IMG/VR virus record: IMGVR_UViG_3300016472_001095
DNA: 64,000 nt
Source: an uncultured virus (IMG/VR IMGVR_UViG_3300016472_001095)
Lineage: Duplodnaviria > Heunggongvirae > Uroviricota > Caudoviricetes
Strand: one strand, 5' to 3'
The translations under genes were made by a program, and so were the position numbers. Under the pieces are notes generated by a model. The model did no database searches. It was not told where the DNA came from and saw nothing but the letters and a program-made list of their open reading frames with translations. Each line of letters starts with the position of its first letter. The first letter of the stretch is position 1. This document shows, piece by piece, positions 27,168 through 37,811 of this stretch.

Positions 27168-29465
27168 ATGGCACGCACAATTCAAAGCCCCGGAGTGGAA
27201 ATTAATGAAATCGATTTATCGCTTAGAAATGCAGGAGCCCCAGCTACAGTAGTTTTTGTACCCGGGTTTGCACCTAAAGGGCCTACATCTGAACCTATTA
27301 GCGTAACATCCCTCTCTGAATTTGAACAAATTTTCGGTCAGCCTACTAATTCTGCTGAAAGATATTTTTATCATTCGGTAAAAGGTGTCCTGCAATCGCC
27401 AGCCAATCCAATCGTTTATCGCTTACCTTATGGTGAAGGCGCCGGTGTTGATACAAGCGATGAATATAGTGCATTAGTATTTCCTGTCAAAGCATATTGC
27501 CCTTCTACAGGGTATATTGAAACAGATTTAACTAAGCCCGATTCAAGATACTTTTTCGGTTCACCCACACACCTTAAGCTTACACAAAATGAATACCTTT
27601 CAATTTTAAAGGGCGACGGTTTTAGTTGGGCAGCTGATACACAAAACACAACAACATTTAGTAGTGTTTCTGCACTTAGTGGTGCAGGTGTTATTATTCT
27701 CAATAAAGCTCAATCAACTATTAATACAAAATTTGAAGGTGTTTATATTAGTATTGCTGATAATACGAATCTTAACCCTGCAACACCCTTTAATGATGTA
27801 AACGCAGTTCTTAGCGTTAATAATGAAACTAAAGCAATTTTTGGCAATGGTTATGTTAGCATTCCAGATGTAAGATTAAACTTTACTCTGTCAGCGGATG
27901 CAGCAGGGTTACAAGGTAGCGTGTCCGAGGTACTAGAGAATATACCTACATTTGATATTTCATCAAACCAGTATGATGATACCGTAACACTTGGTGTATT
28001 TAAGCTTAGACAGTCTGTATTCTCACCTGATACAATTGCGCTTGACTATGTGCTGCAAGAAGGATATACCGCATCATTTGATGCACACAGACAAATTAAC
28101 AGCGTTAATGGCGGGCCGCCCATCAGTTTCTTCTTAGAGATTGCTGACCAGACTTCAACAAATATAACAACAATTATTAACCCCTACATTTCTAATAAGG
28201 GTGGAAATACCTGGCTTGATACTAATGGTGTACCAGCTAAGAAAGTTCGTTTCCTTAGCTCTCAACTTCTAACACCTTTAGCAAATGAAACTGCAAGTGC
28301 TTATACGACTCGTGTTGGTGCTCCTTCCGGGCAAGTCGCTACATTAGCAAGCCAACTAGGTACAACAAATGCTTTATACGCTCTAGGTGATTACAGCGAT
28401 GAAGATCTATCAACAAAAATTATTGGTAATGTACCTGCAAAGCTCACTACAGCTACTGAAAAGCTAGCTAATGTAGATTTATATCCGCTTAATATATCAA
28501 TAGAAGCCGGTTTAGGTACTATATATGCAAACTCATTTAACCCTTCCACATATCAATATTTTGATGATAGTGTTCCTTTTGACGCTTTAGTTGAAGAATT
28601 AGCAGTACAAAACCCTTCTAGCACACCATCTTGCGTACAACATTATAATGCAGTTGTAGGGCCTTTCATAAACCTTACAAATAGCCGTAAGGACCATTTG
28701 TTTATTGCTGATCCATTTACAAATATCTTTATTCAGGGTGCTAACTTAAAGACATTAGATATACCTGAAAAGTCGTTCCCCACAGATATTTATTGGTCTT
28801 TAAAAAATCAATTTGGCAGCATTGATTCAAGTTATGTTGCAACATTTGCAAATGTTGCTAAAGTAGCAGATATTGCTACAAATCAGCAAGTATGGGTACC
28901 ATTCTCCGGATTTGCAGCAGGATCAATGGCTTCAACTGATAATAACTTCCAGCCTTGGTATGCACCTGCAGGATTTACTCGCGGTATAATTAGCGGTATA
29001 GTAGATCTTGCTATATATCCTAAGCAAAAACATCGCGATCAGCTATATCGTATTAATTTAAATCCTGTTACATTCTTCCCTTCAGAAGGGTTTGTAATAT
29101 TTGGACAGAAAACAATGCAGAAGAAACCTAGCGCATTTGATCGTATTAATGTTCGTAGATTGTTCTTAAATCTAGAAACTGCAACTAGAGATACAGTAAA
29201 GTATTTCTTGTTTGAGCCTAATACGCTCTTTACTAGAACACAGATTATTAATAGTTTAACACCGATCTATGATAACGCTAAAAATACTCAAGGTATTTAT
29301 GATTATCTATTAATATGTGATGAGCGCAATAATACGCCCGAAACTATTGATGATAATACAATCGTTATAGACGTCTATATTAAGCCAGTAAGAGCTGCAG
29401 AGTATATACTATGTAACTTCTACTGCACTAGAACCGGAACAAATTTCCAGGAGATAGTAACTTAA
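27168..29465 (+). CDS. gp18: Contractile tail sheath protein (T4 gp18)
   Basis: SPGVEINEIDLS, PWYAPAGFTRG, LYRINLNPV, FGQKT, SAFDRINVRRLFL, FEPN, IKPVRAAEYI. TAAATA(27156)-6-ATG. Confidence 0.96.
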   Translation: MARTIQSPGVEINEIDLSLRNAGAPATVVFVPGFAPKGPTSEPISVTSLSEFEQIFGQPTNSAERYFYHSVKGVLQSPANPIVYRLPYGEGAGVDTSDEYSALVFPVKAYCPSTGYIETDLTKPDSRYFFGSPTHLKLTQNEYLSILKGDGFSWAADTQNTTTFSSVSALSGAGVIILNKAQSTINTKFEGVYISIADNTNLNPATPFNDVNAVLSVNNETKAIFGNGYVSIPDVRLNFTLSADAAGLQGSVSEVLENIPTFDISSNQYDDTVTLGVFKLRQSVFSPDTIALDYVLQEGYTASFDAHRQINSVNGGPPISFFLEIADQTSTNITTIINPYISNKGGNTWLDTNGVPAKKVRFLSSQLLTPLANETASAYTTRVGAPSGQVATLASQLGTTNALYALGDYSDEDLSTKIIGNVPAKLTTATEKLANVDLYPLNISIEAGLGTIYANSFNPSTYQYFDDSVPFDALVEELAVQNPSSTPSCVQHYNAVVGPFINLTNSRKDHLFIADPFTNIFIQGANLKTLDIPEKSFPTDIYWSLKNQFGSIDSSYVATFANVAKVADIATNQQVWVPFSGFAAGSMASTDNNFQPWYAPAGFTRGIISGIVDLAIYPKQKHRDQLYRINLNPVTFFPSEGFVIFGQKTMQKKPSAFDRINVRRLFLNLETATRDTVKYFLFEPNTLFTRTQIINSLTPIYDNAKNTQGIYDYLLICDERNNTPETIDDNTIVIDVYIKPVRAAEYILCNFYCTRTGTNFQEIVT

Positions 29466-29480
29466 TAGATAAATAATTTT

Positions 29481-30029
29481 ATGGCAGACGTAAATCAATT
29501 AATTACTGACTTTTACAGAGTAGCGACGAACCGTGAGTTTGCACGCGATTATAACTTTAGAGTATTATCTATTAATACAGGAGGTGCTAGTGATGTAACG
29601 TTTGATCAAGATGATTTAGTTTATGTTAAGACAGCTTCATTACCTGCACGTCAAATTAAAAATGTTGAAGTACCTTATATGGGATTAAATTTTAATCTCC
29701 CTGGTAACGCCACATATCCAGGTTCTGATGCATATGAAATGACATTTTATGCTGATGCACAGTCGAGAATACGTCAAAAGTTTGAACAATGGTCATTAGA
29801 CATTTTTAATGACGCTAATTCAACCGGTAATTACTTTGCACCAAAACAAACTGCTATTATTGATCTTGTACAGCTAGATAACCAGCTTAATAAAGTTGCT
29901 CAATATCAACTAGTAGGTGTATCAGTTCGCAATGTAGGTCCGATAAGCTATAATATAGCTACTGGTACTGGAGAGACAATTGAATTTACAGCTACAGTTT
30001 CTTATCACTACTGGAGAAACATTGGTTAA
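29481..30029 (+). CDS. gp19: Tail tube protein (T4 gp19)
   Basis: Follows the sheath gene. VKTASLP, EVPYMG..FNLPG, IRQKFEQW, IEFTATVSYHYW. TAAATA-5-ATG. Confidence 0.88.
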   Translation: MADVNQLITDFYRVATNREFARDYNFRVLSINTGGASDVTFDQDDLVYVKTASLPARQIKNVEVPYMGLNFNLPGNATYPGSDAYEMTFYADAQSRIRQKFEQWSLDIFNDANSTGNYFAPKQTAIIDLVQLDNQLNKVAQYQLVGVSVRNVGPISYNIATGTGETIEFTATVSYHYWRNIG

Positions 30030-30053
30030 TTAGTTTGGGTTATAAATAATTAG

Positions 30054-30962
30054 GTGAACAATCCGTTTACCAGTGCCCTTAATGGTTTAGGACAAAATTT
30101 TACAGGTCTTTTTACTGGTACAAACCCATCATTTGCCCCTCAAATAACCGATCTATTTGGGTTTAATATACCTGGAGTACCCTTAATTTCTGTAAGAGAT
30201 TATTTTCTCGTGCAGATGGAATCTTGGTTTACTTCCATTCCTAACTCGAGTCAGTGGATAATAGTAATTGATAAATATCCACCTGCTCTACAATCAAGTG
30301 TTATACAGGGACTAGAGAGAGTTGATGGTAGCCGTAAGGGGTATGATATTAGTACAGCTAAAAATATTTTAGCAAGTTTTCCTCTTCAAAAAATTATTGG
30401 ATGTTTATTTGCCCATGAAGTTACAATACCAACAGAACAGTTTGATATACTCTCTGCATCTGTACCCAACAATAGAGGATTTTTACCGGGTATTTTAGGC
30501 GGAGGTAGAAACACAGAACCGCCCGCTTTAGTAGTTGATTTTAGAGAAACCAATACGTCGTTTATTGACTTTGTTGTTAGACCGTGGGTCATTCTTGGCT
30601 CACATTTTGGTATGGCAGCTCGCCCGGGCGATACCTCTAATTCTAAAAGCTTTTATAATATGAAATGTAATATGACACTTATAAATTTTGCAGCTACCAT
30701 ACAAGGTATTTCGATGATTCCTAGAAAAGTTTTTAATTTCTTCAATTGTATGCCATATCAGGTGTCTGAGCAAAGCTATGACTACACTGATTCTAGACTA
30801 ACCTCTTACAATACAAGATGGACATATTCACACTATACTGTAGAAAATAATTTATACTTGCCTATTGCTGATATAGTTAATAGAATATCTCAAGGTGAAA
30901 TACCAAGAGTTACAAGCTTCCAAAACGGGCTTAGCATAACTAATCCTTTAGGCTTTTTATAA
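30054..30962 (+). CDS. Baseplate tail-tube initiator (gp54-like, tube fold)
   Basis: Tube-fold C-terminus (FFNCMPYQVS...TRWTYSHY) and position. TATAAATA(30041)-5-GTG. Confidence 0.55.
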   Translation: MNNPFTSALNGLGQNFTGLFTGTNPSFAPQITDLFGFNIPGVPLISVRDYFLVQMESWFTSIPNSSQWIIVIDKYPPALQSSVIQGLERVDGSRKGYDISTAKNILASFPLQKIIGCLFAHEVTIPTEQFDILSASVPNNRGFLPGILGGGRNTEPPALVVDFRETNTSFIDFVVRPWVILGSHFGMAARPGDTSNSKSFYNMKCNMTLINFAATIQGISMIPRKVFNFFNCMPYQVSEQSYDYTDSRLTSYNTRWTYSHYTVENNLYLPIADIVNRISQGEIPRVTSFQNGLSITNPLGFL

Positions 30963-31795
30963 TGTCATTTTATTTAAACTTTACAGCTCCAACTACCAAA
31001 AAAAGTTTAAGATTAAAAGAGCTTAACTTTTTACAATACAAGACTCTTAATAAATTTTTAATTAATAACAATAATACACATATTGCAGAATATTTTGATC
31101 AGATTTTAAAAGAATGTATTTTAGACGAAGCCACAGAACTTACTAACTTTGATAAGTTTTGTGCTCTTTTTCTACTAAGATGTACTTGCGTTTCACCAGA
31201 TATAGAATTTTACATAGGTACAAACACTCAAAAAACATCCTTATTAAATTTTCTTAAAGATTGCTTAGACTTTGATACTGAGTTTAATAGAAAAATTTCT
31301 ATTGACAAAAGTATAGAATTACAATTATCGTTACCAAAAAATTTAAACTTTGAAACAACTTTCGATGCATTGCATGATTGTATAACAGGGGTGATTTATG
31401 AAGGAAAAAAATTAATTTACAGAAATGTAAATGAACTTATTGAAGTTCTACCAGCAGGTATTACCACTCACTTAAAGGATTTTAGCGATGATTTAGAAAA
31501 AAGTTTTAAAAAGCTAATCTTTAAAGTAGGAGTCAAAGAATCAGAACAATTCTCTATTTCTCCTTTTAATTTGTCTTTATTAGAAGTTTTAAAAGCTTTA
31601 TTTAGCTCTAATTTAAAAAATATTTTAGAACTGCAATATCTACTTGTAAGCAAATGTAGATACAACCCAGATTACATTGATAAGAGTACATTAATGGAGA
31701 ACCTAATTTTAGTCAACATATACGAAACAGAAGTTAAAGCTATAAACGAAGAGCAAGATAAAGCATTGGAGAAAACCAAGCCTGGTAATAAATAG
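30962..31795 (+). CDS. Baseplate hub assembly protein (gp26/gp51-like)
   Basis: PTTKKSLRLKEL, FDKFCALFLLR resembling gp26. C-terminal YLLVSKCRYNPDYIDKSTLME resembling gp51. Confidence 0.5.
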   Translation: MSFYLNFTAPTTKKSLRLKELNFLQYKTLNKFLINNNNTHIAEYFDQILKECILDEATELTNFDKFCALFLLRCTCVSPDIEFYIGTNTQKTSLLNFLKDCLDFDTEFNRKISIDKSIELQLSLPKNLNFETTFDALHDCITGVIYEGKKLIYRNVNELIEVLPAGITTHLKDFSDDLEKSFKKLIFKVGVKESEQFSISPFNLSLLEVLKALFSSNLKNILELQYLLVSKCRYNPDYIDKSTLMENLILVNIYETEVKAINEEQDKALEKTKPGNK

Positions 31796-31799
31796 GTTT

Positions 31800-32552
31800 A
31801 TGGATAACTTTTCTAGTGCATTAAATTCTTTAGAAAGCCTGACAAAAGCATACGATATTTTTGTCCCCTCTTTAAACAAAAAAGTTAAATTTAAAGGCTT
31901 AACAACAAAGCAACAAAAAGACGCAGTAAAAACCGCGTTAGATAAGAACATTACAGGCTTAACATTCTCTAATCTTTTAAACAAAATAATTTCTGAAAAT
32001 TCATTAGAAAAAAATGTATATCTACTAACTGATAGAAATTACATTGTAACTGCTTTGAGAGTTTTATCTTTATCAACAAAAGTCACGGTTGAAGAAGAAG
32101 AAAAGGATATATCGTTTGTAACTAATTTTAACTTGCCTCTTCCTGAGGAATTAAAAAAATTAGATATTTCTGACGATAACGTTTTAATTTCAGTATCGAT
32201 ACCAACTCTTGAAAAAGATACGTTTGTAAACAATGAAACAAGAAAAAAGCTCGCTCCCTTACCAGATGACGATAATTTCGCTAAAGAGTCTTTAGGTGAA
32301 GTTTATGTAAATGAGCTCATAAAATATTTAGACAAAGTTTCAGTTACTGCGGGAGGCAACGTTAACGTTATAGTAATGAATGACCTAACATTTGACCAAA
32401 AGACGCAGCTAGTAGAAAAGCTTCCATTAAATATTAATACTAAATTAGTAAATTACATTAATAATGTAAAAGCGTTTGAAAAGAAATACTTTACATCACC
32501 TTCCGGCGAAGAATTAGACATTAATATAGACCCCACTCTTTTCACTGTCTAA
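31800..32552 (+). CDS. Baseplate hub assembly protein (gp26-like)
   Basis: FVPSLNKKVKFKGLTTKQQK, DRNYIVTALRVLS, IPTL, LVEKLP. TAAATA-5-ATG. Confidence 0.6.
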   Translation: MDNFSSALNSLESLTKAYDIFVPSLNKKVKFKGLTTKQQKDAVKTALDKNITGLTFSNLLNKIISENSLEKNVYLLTDRNYIVTALRVLSLSTKVTVEEEEKDISFVTNFNLPLPEELKKLDISDDNVLISVSIPTLEKDTFVNNETRKKLAPLPDDDNFAKESLGEVYVNELIKYLDKVSVTAGGNVNVIVMNDLTFDQKTQLVEKLPLNINTKLVNYINNVKAFEKKYFTSPSGEELDINIDPTLFTV

Positions 32553-32578
32553 ATTAATATTTTAATTAAATATTAATA

Positions 32579-34504
32579 ATGAAAGATGACGGAACGTCTT
32601 CAATGATAGGCGACTCCTCCTCCGTACAAGAACAATTAACAACTATTATTGGGCTTTTAACTAAAAAGGCAGCCACAGAAGAAGCATTAAAGCCAGGAAT
32701 ATTAAAAAACCTACAGGACAGTCTATTCCCAGAGCAAAAAAGCGAGAGATCATCATTTAGAAGACTAAAACAAAAGCAAAAAACATATCAGGGGATACCT
32801 ATTGCAATTGATTCAATTACTCCTGAAGGCAGGAGAGATATTAAAAGAGCATTTTCAAATGTAATATCTTTTGAGGTAGACTATGAAAAGCCAAATGTTA
32901 AAAGCGGTCCTTGGGCAAAATTTTTCTTCTTTTTAGCTTTATTATTTGGAATACTTGTAGGTGCAATTACTCAAATTATTAAAGATGTAAGAGGTTTATT
33001 TAGAATAATAAAAACTAAATTTAAAAATCTCTTTACTTTTTTAGGTAAAACTAAAATAGGTCAGTTTATAACAAAACTTTTTAATGGTATTAAAAGTAAA
33101 TTTTTAAATGCAATAAAATTTATTAAAAACAATTCAATAGTAAAAGCAATATCCGGGTTTTTTACTAACATAAAAAATAATCTTTTAAATAAATTTAAAA
33201 AAATTACAGATTTAGCTAGTAAGCTTTTTAAAACAATAAGCGCTAGAGTAATAGCGTTTTTTAATACAGTAAAAAATATTGTTGTAAAAATAAGAAATTT
33301 TTTTAAGCCAATAACTGCTTTTTTAAGTAAATTTACTAAAATAGGTTCTGTTATAGGAAAAGCTGGTAAAATGTTTCAAGGATTTTTAGGTTTTTTTGGC
33401 AAACTATCAAAGTTTTTTGGTTTGGGGTTAAAATTAGGCAGGCTATTAGGTAAAGCTTTATTTCCTTTGTTTTTATTAATTGATACCGTAGGAGGATTAT
33501 TTAAATCATTTAATGATCCAAAATTAAAAGATAAAAGCCTTTTTCAAAAAATTATTACAGGTCTTGTAGCAGGTATAGCTAAATTTTTTGATATATTTGA
33601 AATATTTGGGTTAGAGCTATTTGGCTTTGATGAAATAAGAGATAGATTTGATAAAATATTTACAGCCTTTAAAGGTGGAATTATAAATGGTATTTTAGAA
33701 TGGTTTAATCAAATTCAATCGTATGCCATAGGGTTAATTGGTAAAGTTATTGGTTGGATAGTTGGGTGGTTTAATAAAGATGCCGGTAAAGCTATAACAG
33801 AATGGTCTAAAAATTTTGATTTAGGTAAATTTATAATAGAAACTGTAGGAGCAGTAGTAAAATGGTTTAAAAAAATATTTAATTTTATAGGCGGTATTAA
33901 AGACACAGTTGCTAGCGCTTATGGGAAGATAAAAGAATTTGCTACCGGTCTTTACGATAAAATTATAGGATTTGTAAAAAACGTAGTAGACGCTATTGCT
34001 AATATTTTTAACATTAAAAAAATTAAAGATTGGATAAAAGACAAATTAGGGTTTGGCCCTACAGAAAAACAAGTTGAAATTAAATCACCCACACCTGTTG
34101 GAGACATAGTTGATACTAGTGATAGGACTATTTTTTCAAAACGAGGTTCTTATTCATTAGATAAAAACGATGAAATTCTTGCTATGAAAAAGGGCGGACC
34201 TATAGCAGAAATTATGTTAAATAACACAAGAGGGTCGTTAGATGCTCTTAAAAATTTAAATGATACTGCTAAAAAAATTAATGAAGCTGTTGATAGATTT
34301 GCAAAATCAGCAAATTCTATGCAAGATAGAGAGATAAAGCTTATGCAAGAAAATCTTATACTGTTAAAAGACCTAAAAGATAAGAATAATTCATCTAATG
34401 TAGTAGTGCAAAACAATTCAAATAGTAATGTATTTAGTGAAAAAACTAGCTCGAATATTGATATGAGAAAAGACCTGGCTTTAAGGAGTAGCTTTCCTTT
34501 TTAA
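32579..34504 (+). CDS. Tape measure protein (gp29-like)
   Basis: 641 aa of long amphipathic helical repeats with periodic F/W and hydrophobic segments, located between hub chaperones and the tube cap. Confidence 0.75.
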   Translation: MKDDGTSSMIGDSSSVQEQLTTIIGLLTKKAATEEALKPGILKNLQDSLFPEQKSERSSFRRLKQKQKTYQGIPIAIDSITPEGRRDIKRAFSNVISFEVDYEKPNVKSGPWAKFFFFLALLFGILVGAITQIIKDVRGLFRIIKTKFKNLFTFLGKTKIGQFITKLFNGIKSKFLNAIKFIKNNSIVKAISGFFTNIKNNLLNKFKKITDLASKLFKTISARVIAFFNTVKNIVVKIRNFFKPITAFLSKFTKIGSVIGKAGKMFQGFLGFFGKLSKFFGLGLKLGRLLGKALFPLFLLIDTVGGLFKSFNDPKLKDKSLFQKIITGLVAGIAKFFDIFEIFGLELFGFDEIRDRFDKIFTAFKGGIINGILEWFNQIQSYAIGLIGKVIGWIVGWFNKDAGKAITEWSKNFDLGKFIIETVGAVVKWFKKIFNFIGGIKDTVASAYGKIKEFATGLYDKIIGFVKNVVDAIANIFNIKKIKDWIKDKLGFGPTEKQVEIKSPTPVGDIVDTSDRTIFSKRGSYSLDKNDEILAMKKGGPIAEIMLNNTRGSLDALKNLNDTAKKINEAVDRFAKSANSMQDREIKLMQENLILLKDLKDKNNSSNVVVQNNSNSNVFSEKTSSNIDMRKDLALRSSFPF

Positions 34505-34507
34505 TTT

Positions 34508-35791
34508 ATGAATCATGTATTTTCAATAAGCAGATCTACCTCGTTAAATAGCTTTAAGCAAAGCAACACGGTAGACGTTGAACCGCCTTTACTAGTTTCT
34601 CCTCAAAATACCCCTTTAGGGTCTGGTATAGGTAAAAGCACTGCTACACCTCAAGGCAATATAGTCAACGTGGTAAGAGATTTTTATTGGACACATTCAA
34701 AATTAGTTGGGTCAAGAAAAGAAGTACCTAGAATTATATTATCTGAAAAAAGACTAAAAGCTAATGCATTAATTTCGCAGCTAAAATATGCTTTTGGTGT
34801 TAGTTCAGCCGCGGTAGGTGAATTTGTTAATAATTTACCTGAAAACATAAAATCACCGCTACAAACTTTTGGAAAAAAATTAGCTGAATCACAAACTGGG
34901 CAAGCAACAACCGATTTTGTTAATAGAATTAATGAGGGGCTTAATATAGATGATGATAATAATGTTTATAAACAAAATCCGTTTTTATCTCCTTATCAAA
35001 ACCTCTATATAACTGAACCTACAGGTTGGGAGTTTATATTACCCTACTTTGATAATTACAATAATGCGGCTGCAAACGCATTTACTGAAGATATGGGCGG
35101 AGCTTCCGGTTTAAGCTTTTTAAAAGAAGGTGTTGATTTAGTCACAGGGTTTGCACAGATGGCAAGCGTCTTAAGAGCTCCCACACAAGTAACATTTGTA
35201 GAAAAAGCAAAATTTTATAATTATCCCACAGAGGGTGAAGAATTTACTTTTGGATTTCCTCTAATAAACACCGGGTCTGCGACATTTGATGATGTCGTAC
35301 GCAATTGGGAATTATTATTTTTATTACTTTATAATAATAAACCGTCAAGAAAAAATGTATCTGTAATAGACCCTCCTGTTATTTATCAAGTAGAAATACC
35401 AGGGGTAAAGTTCCTACCTTTCTGCTACATTCAAAGCATTGCAGTCGATTTTCAAGGCTCGAGGCGCGAAATAGATTTTAACCTACAATTAGTTGACAAC
35501 ATAAATGTTGATGCGTCAACCCCAAATCTGCAAAATGGACCAGTAAGGCCCGGTGAGCAGCTATCAGAAAATGTTGTAAGGTTCTTTAATAATCAAATAA
35601 CTAACAGGTCTGTTAGTACTATAGTTCCGGATGCATACAATATAAAAATAACTGTAAAAAGCTTATTACCAGAGACTAAGAATTTTATGTATACTGTTTT
35701 AAACAAAAATAATATAGTTTCAGCGAGAACTCTTGGAGCTGAAGCCGAAGGTACTCTAAATCCAATAGTAAATCCCACTGGTGGACCGTAA
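34508..35791 (+). CDS. Baseplate tail-tube cap (gp48-like)
   Basis: EFTFGFPL, PPVIYQVEI, CYIQSIAVDF, YNIKITVKSL, plus position after the tape measure. Confidence 0.55.
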   Translation: MNHVFSISRSTSLNSFKQSNTVDVEPPLLVSPQNTPLGSGIGKSTATPQGNIVNVVRDFYWTHSKLVGSRKEVPRIILSEKRLKANALISQLKYAFGVSSAAVGEFVNNLPENIKSPLQTFGKKLAESQTGQATTDFVNRINEGLNIDDDNNVYKQNPFLSPYQNLYITEPTGWEFILPYFDNYNNAAANAFTEDMGGASGLSFLKEGVDLVTGFAQMASVLRAPTQVTFVEKAKFYNYPTEGEEFTFGFPLINTGSATFDDVVRNWELLFLLLYNNKPSRKNVSVIDPPVIYQVEIPGVKFLPFCYIQSIAVDFQGSRREIDFNLQLVDNINVDASTPNLQNGPVRPGEQLSENVVRFFNNQITNRSVSTIVPDAYNIKITVKSLLPETKNFMYTVLNKNNIVSARTLGAEAEGTLNPIVNPTGGP

Positions 35792-35811
35792 GTTGTCTAA
35801 TAAGTATTTTT

Positions 35812-36174
35812 ATGGAAGGTGAATACCAGAGCGATATTAACGAACTACCTTTTTTAAAAAGTTACAGATATGAAAATATCTTTAAAATCTATAAAAACGG
35901 TGACGATCAATACTACTATAACTTACTACAAAGCGTTTTTTTACCCGACAAAATAGATGAAGATTATGTATATTATCAATTAGTTACTAAAACTATGCCT
36001 TGGACTATCGTAAGTTTTAACGCTTATAAAACTATAGAACTTTGGTGGCTGGTTTGCTTAGCAAACAAAATCTACAATCCAATTGTGTTACCTAAAGAAA
36101 ATCAATTACTTAAAATAATAAGACCACAATTTGTACCTAATGTTGTTAACGAAATTACTCAAGCGTTGAGATAA
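35812..36174 (+). CDS. Baseplate wedge protein (gp53-like, LysM-type)
   Basis: VSFNAYKTIELWWLVCLANKIYNP...LKII motif. Confidence 0.75.
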   Translation: MEGEYQSDINELPFLKSYRYENIFKIYKNGDDQYYYNLLQSVFLPDKIDEDYVYYQLVTKTMPWTIVSFNAYKTIELWWLVCLANKIYNPIVLPKENQLLKIIRPQFVPNVVNEITQALR

Positions 36175-36178
36175 TATT

Positions 36179-37810
36179 ATGGCTACAGCTATTACACCAG
36201 AAATTGCATCAGGAAAAGTACCTCCTCTGGGGTCAGAGAAGCGCACAACTAACATAATAAATAATAATCCATACAAATTTAATGTAAGTCTTATTACAGC
36301 AGACGGAAGATATCAAGAGCTTAGAATAGGTGCTATAAATTCGTTAGTTATAGAAGACACCTTTACAAATTTCTACCATAAAGGCTACATTATACTGAAT
36401 AATACCTTTGATGCATTAGAGAGAATTGTAGAGATGGAGAAACCAAGAGATCAATCGTCTGGTAATTCAGCTAATTCTGTCTCAAAGCAAAAAGGGTTTT
36501 TAATGAGAGGAGATTCACGAGATTTATTAGTCGTAGATATAATGCCTATATTTGATGACGATAAAGATAGTGTTGATACATCTATGAATGACGAAGATGC
36601 AAACAAAGCATTTTTAATTTCAATAGTTTTTAGTATTTACAACACTGAAGAAGTTATAGGTTCATCACCCGGGCAAAAGTTTAAAAAACTGTATTTTTGG
36701 GACATGCACTATGAGCTTTTAAGAGAGAAAAACTCTTACTTCTCCACTGCTAAAAGCTTTAAAGAAGGTACTCTGGTAACATCTTTAGATGATAGCGAAA
36801 GAGCTCTATATACCGGAGATGCAATAAAAGAGTTTTTACTAGATTTCTTTAAAGAAGAAGATGGTTGGCCTATTAAAATAGATGAAGAGCATTTTGATCA
36901 GGGGTCTACTAAGGTATTTTTTTCAGCTCCCGCGAGATTTAAAGGAATAGATTGTTTAGAATACTTAACTAACAGACATACTTCAAGTATAAAAAACAAC
37001 TTTGATCAAGCCTTTTTAAATATAGAAAGAAATACTTCATTATTTAGTTTTAAGAGTTTAGCCGATGTATACAAGACCGCTTTAAATAATATTTCTAATA
37101 ATAACGTAGTTTTAGGTAGTAGTTATTTAGAAACATTTAAACTAGGTGCTTATTCTGAAACATCTAATACAGAAGAAACAATGACTTTAGAAAGAGTAGA
37201 TTTCACTCCCGCAGGTGCTCTATTTTTTGATAAATATGGAACTATAAACAATTTTTCCTATGACCCTCTTCCTGGTGAAATTACCCAACACAATATTGCT
37301 CCTGTGCTAGTCCATAGCTACGATCATGACTGTAAACAATTTAATATAGATTTTGAACGCAATAGTATGCAATCTACACTGTCTACATTTAAAGAAAATT
37401 ACGTAGATACATTTAAAAAAGCTAGTAAGACATTTAACAATGTTTATGAAAATGTATTTCCTGGTGAATATAGATTAAAAAATAAGAATGTAAGAAATGT
37501 GTTTACTATTATTAATGACCCTGATCAACGACTTTCGCAAGGAAGAAACAAAGTACTATACAATTCTATTTTTATGAATAGTACCATTACTTTTAAAGTG
37601 CCCGGCTCTACTCACCGTCAAGCCGGTCATTTCATAGGATTAAATTTTGACGGCGCTTCTAACTCTAGTGAATTTAATAAAAAACTGCTAGGTGTGTATT
37701 TTCTAATTAATGTAAAACATATATTTGAAGGTAATGAATATTTCAATGAAATCCGCGCAGTTAAAACCTACAATTACGAGGATTTACTACTAAATAAGGA
37801 GAGCAGATAA
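36179..37810 (+). CDS. Baseplate hub protein (gp27-like)
   Basis: LVIEDTFTNFYHKGYIIL, FKVPGSTHRQAG, GVYFLINVKHIF hub-type motifs. Confidence 0.6.
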   Translation: MATAITPEIASGKVPPLGSEKRTTNIINNNPYKFNVSLITADGRYQELRIGAINSLVIEDTFTNFYHKGYIILNNTFDALERIVEMEKPRDQSSGNSANSVSKQKGFLMRGDSRDLLVVDIMPIFDDDKDSVDTSMNDEDANKAFLISIVFSIYNTEEVIGSSPGQKFKKLYFWDMHYELLREKNSYFSTAKSFKEGTLVTSLDDSERALYTGDAIKEFLLDFFKEEDGWPIKIDEEHFDQGSTKVFFSAPARFKGIDCLEYLTNRHTSSIKNNFDQAFLNIERNTSLFSFKSLADVYKTALNNISNNNVVLGSSYLETFKLGAYSETSNTEETMTLERVDFTPAGALFFDKYGTINNFSYDPLPGEITQHNIAPVLVHSYDHDCKQFNIDFERNSMQSTLSTFKENYVDTFKKASKTFNNVYENVFPGEYRLKNKNVRNVFTIINDPDQRLSQGRNKVLYNSIFMNSTITFKVPGSTHRQAGHFIGLNFDGASNSSEFNKKLLGVYFLINVKHIFEGNEYFNEIRAVKTYNYEDLLLNKESR

Positions 37811-37811
37811 T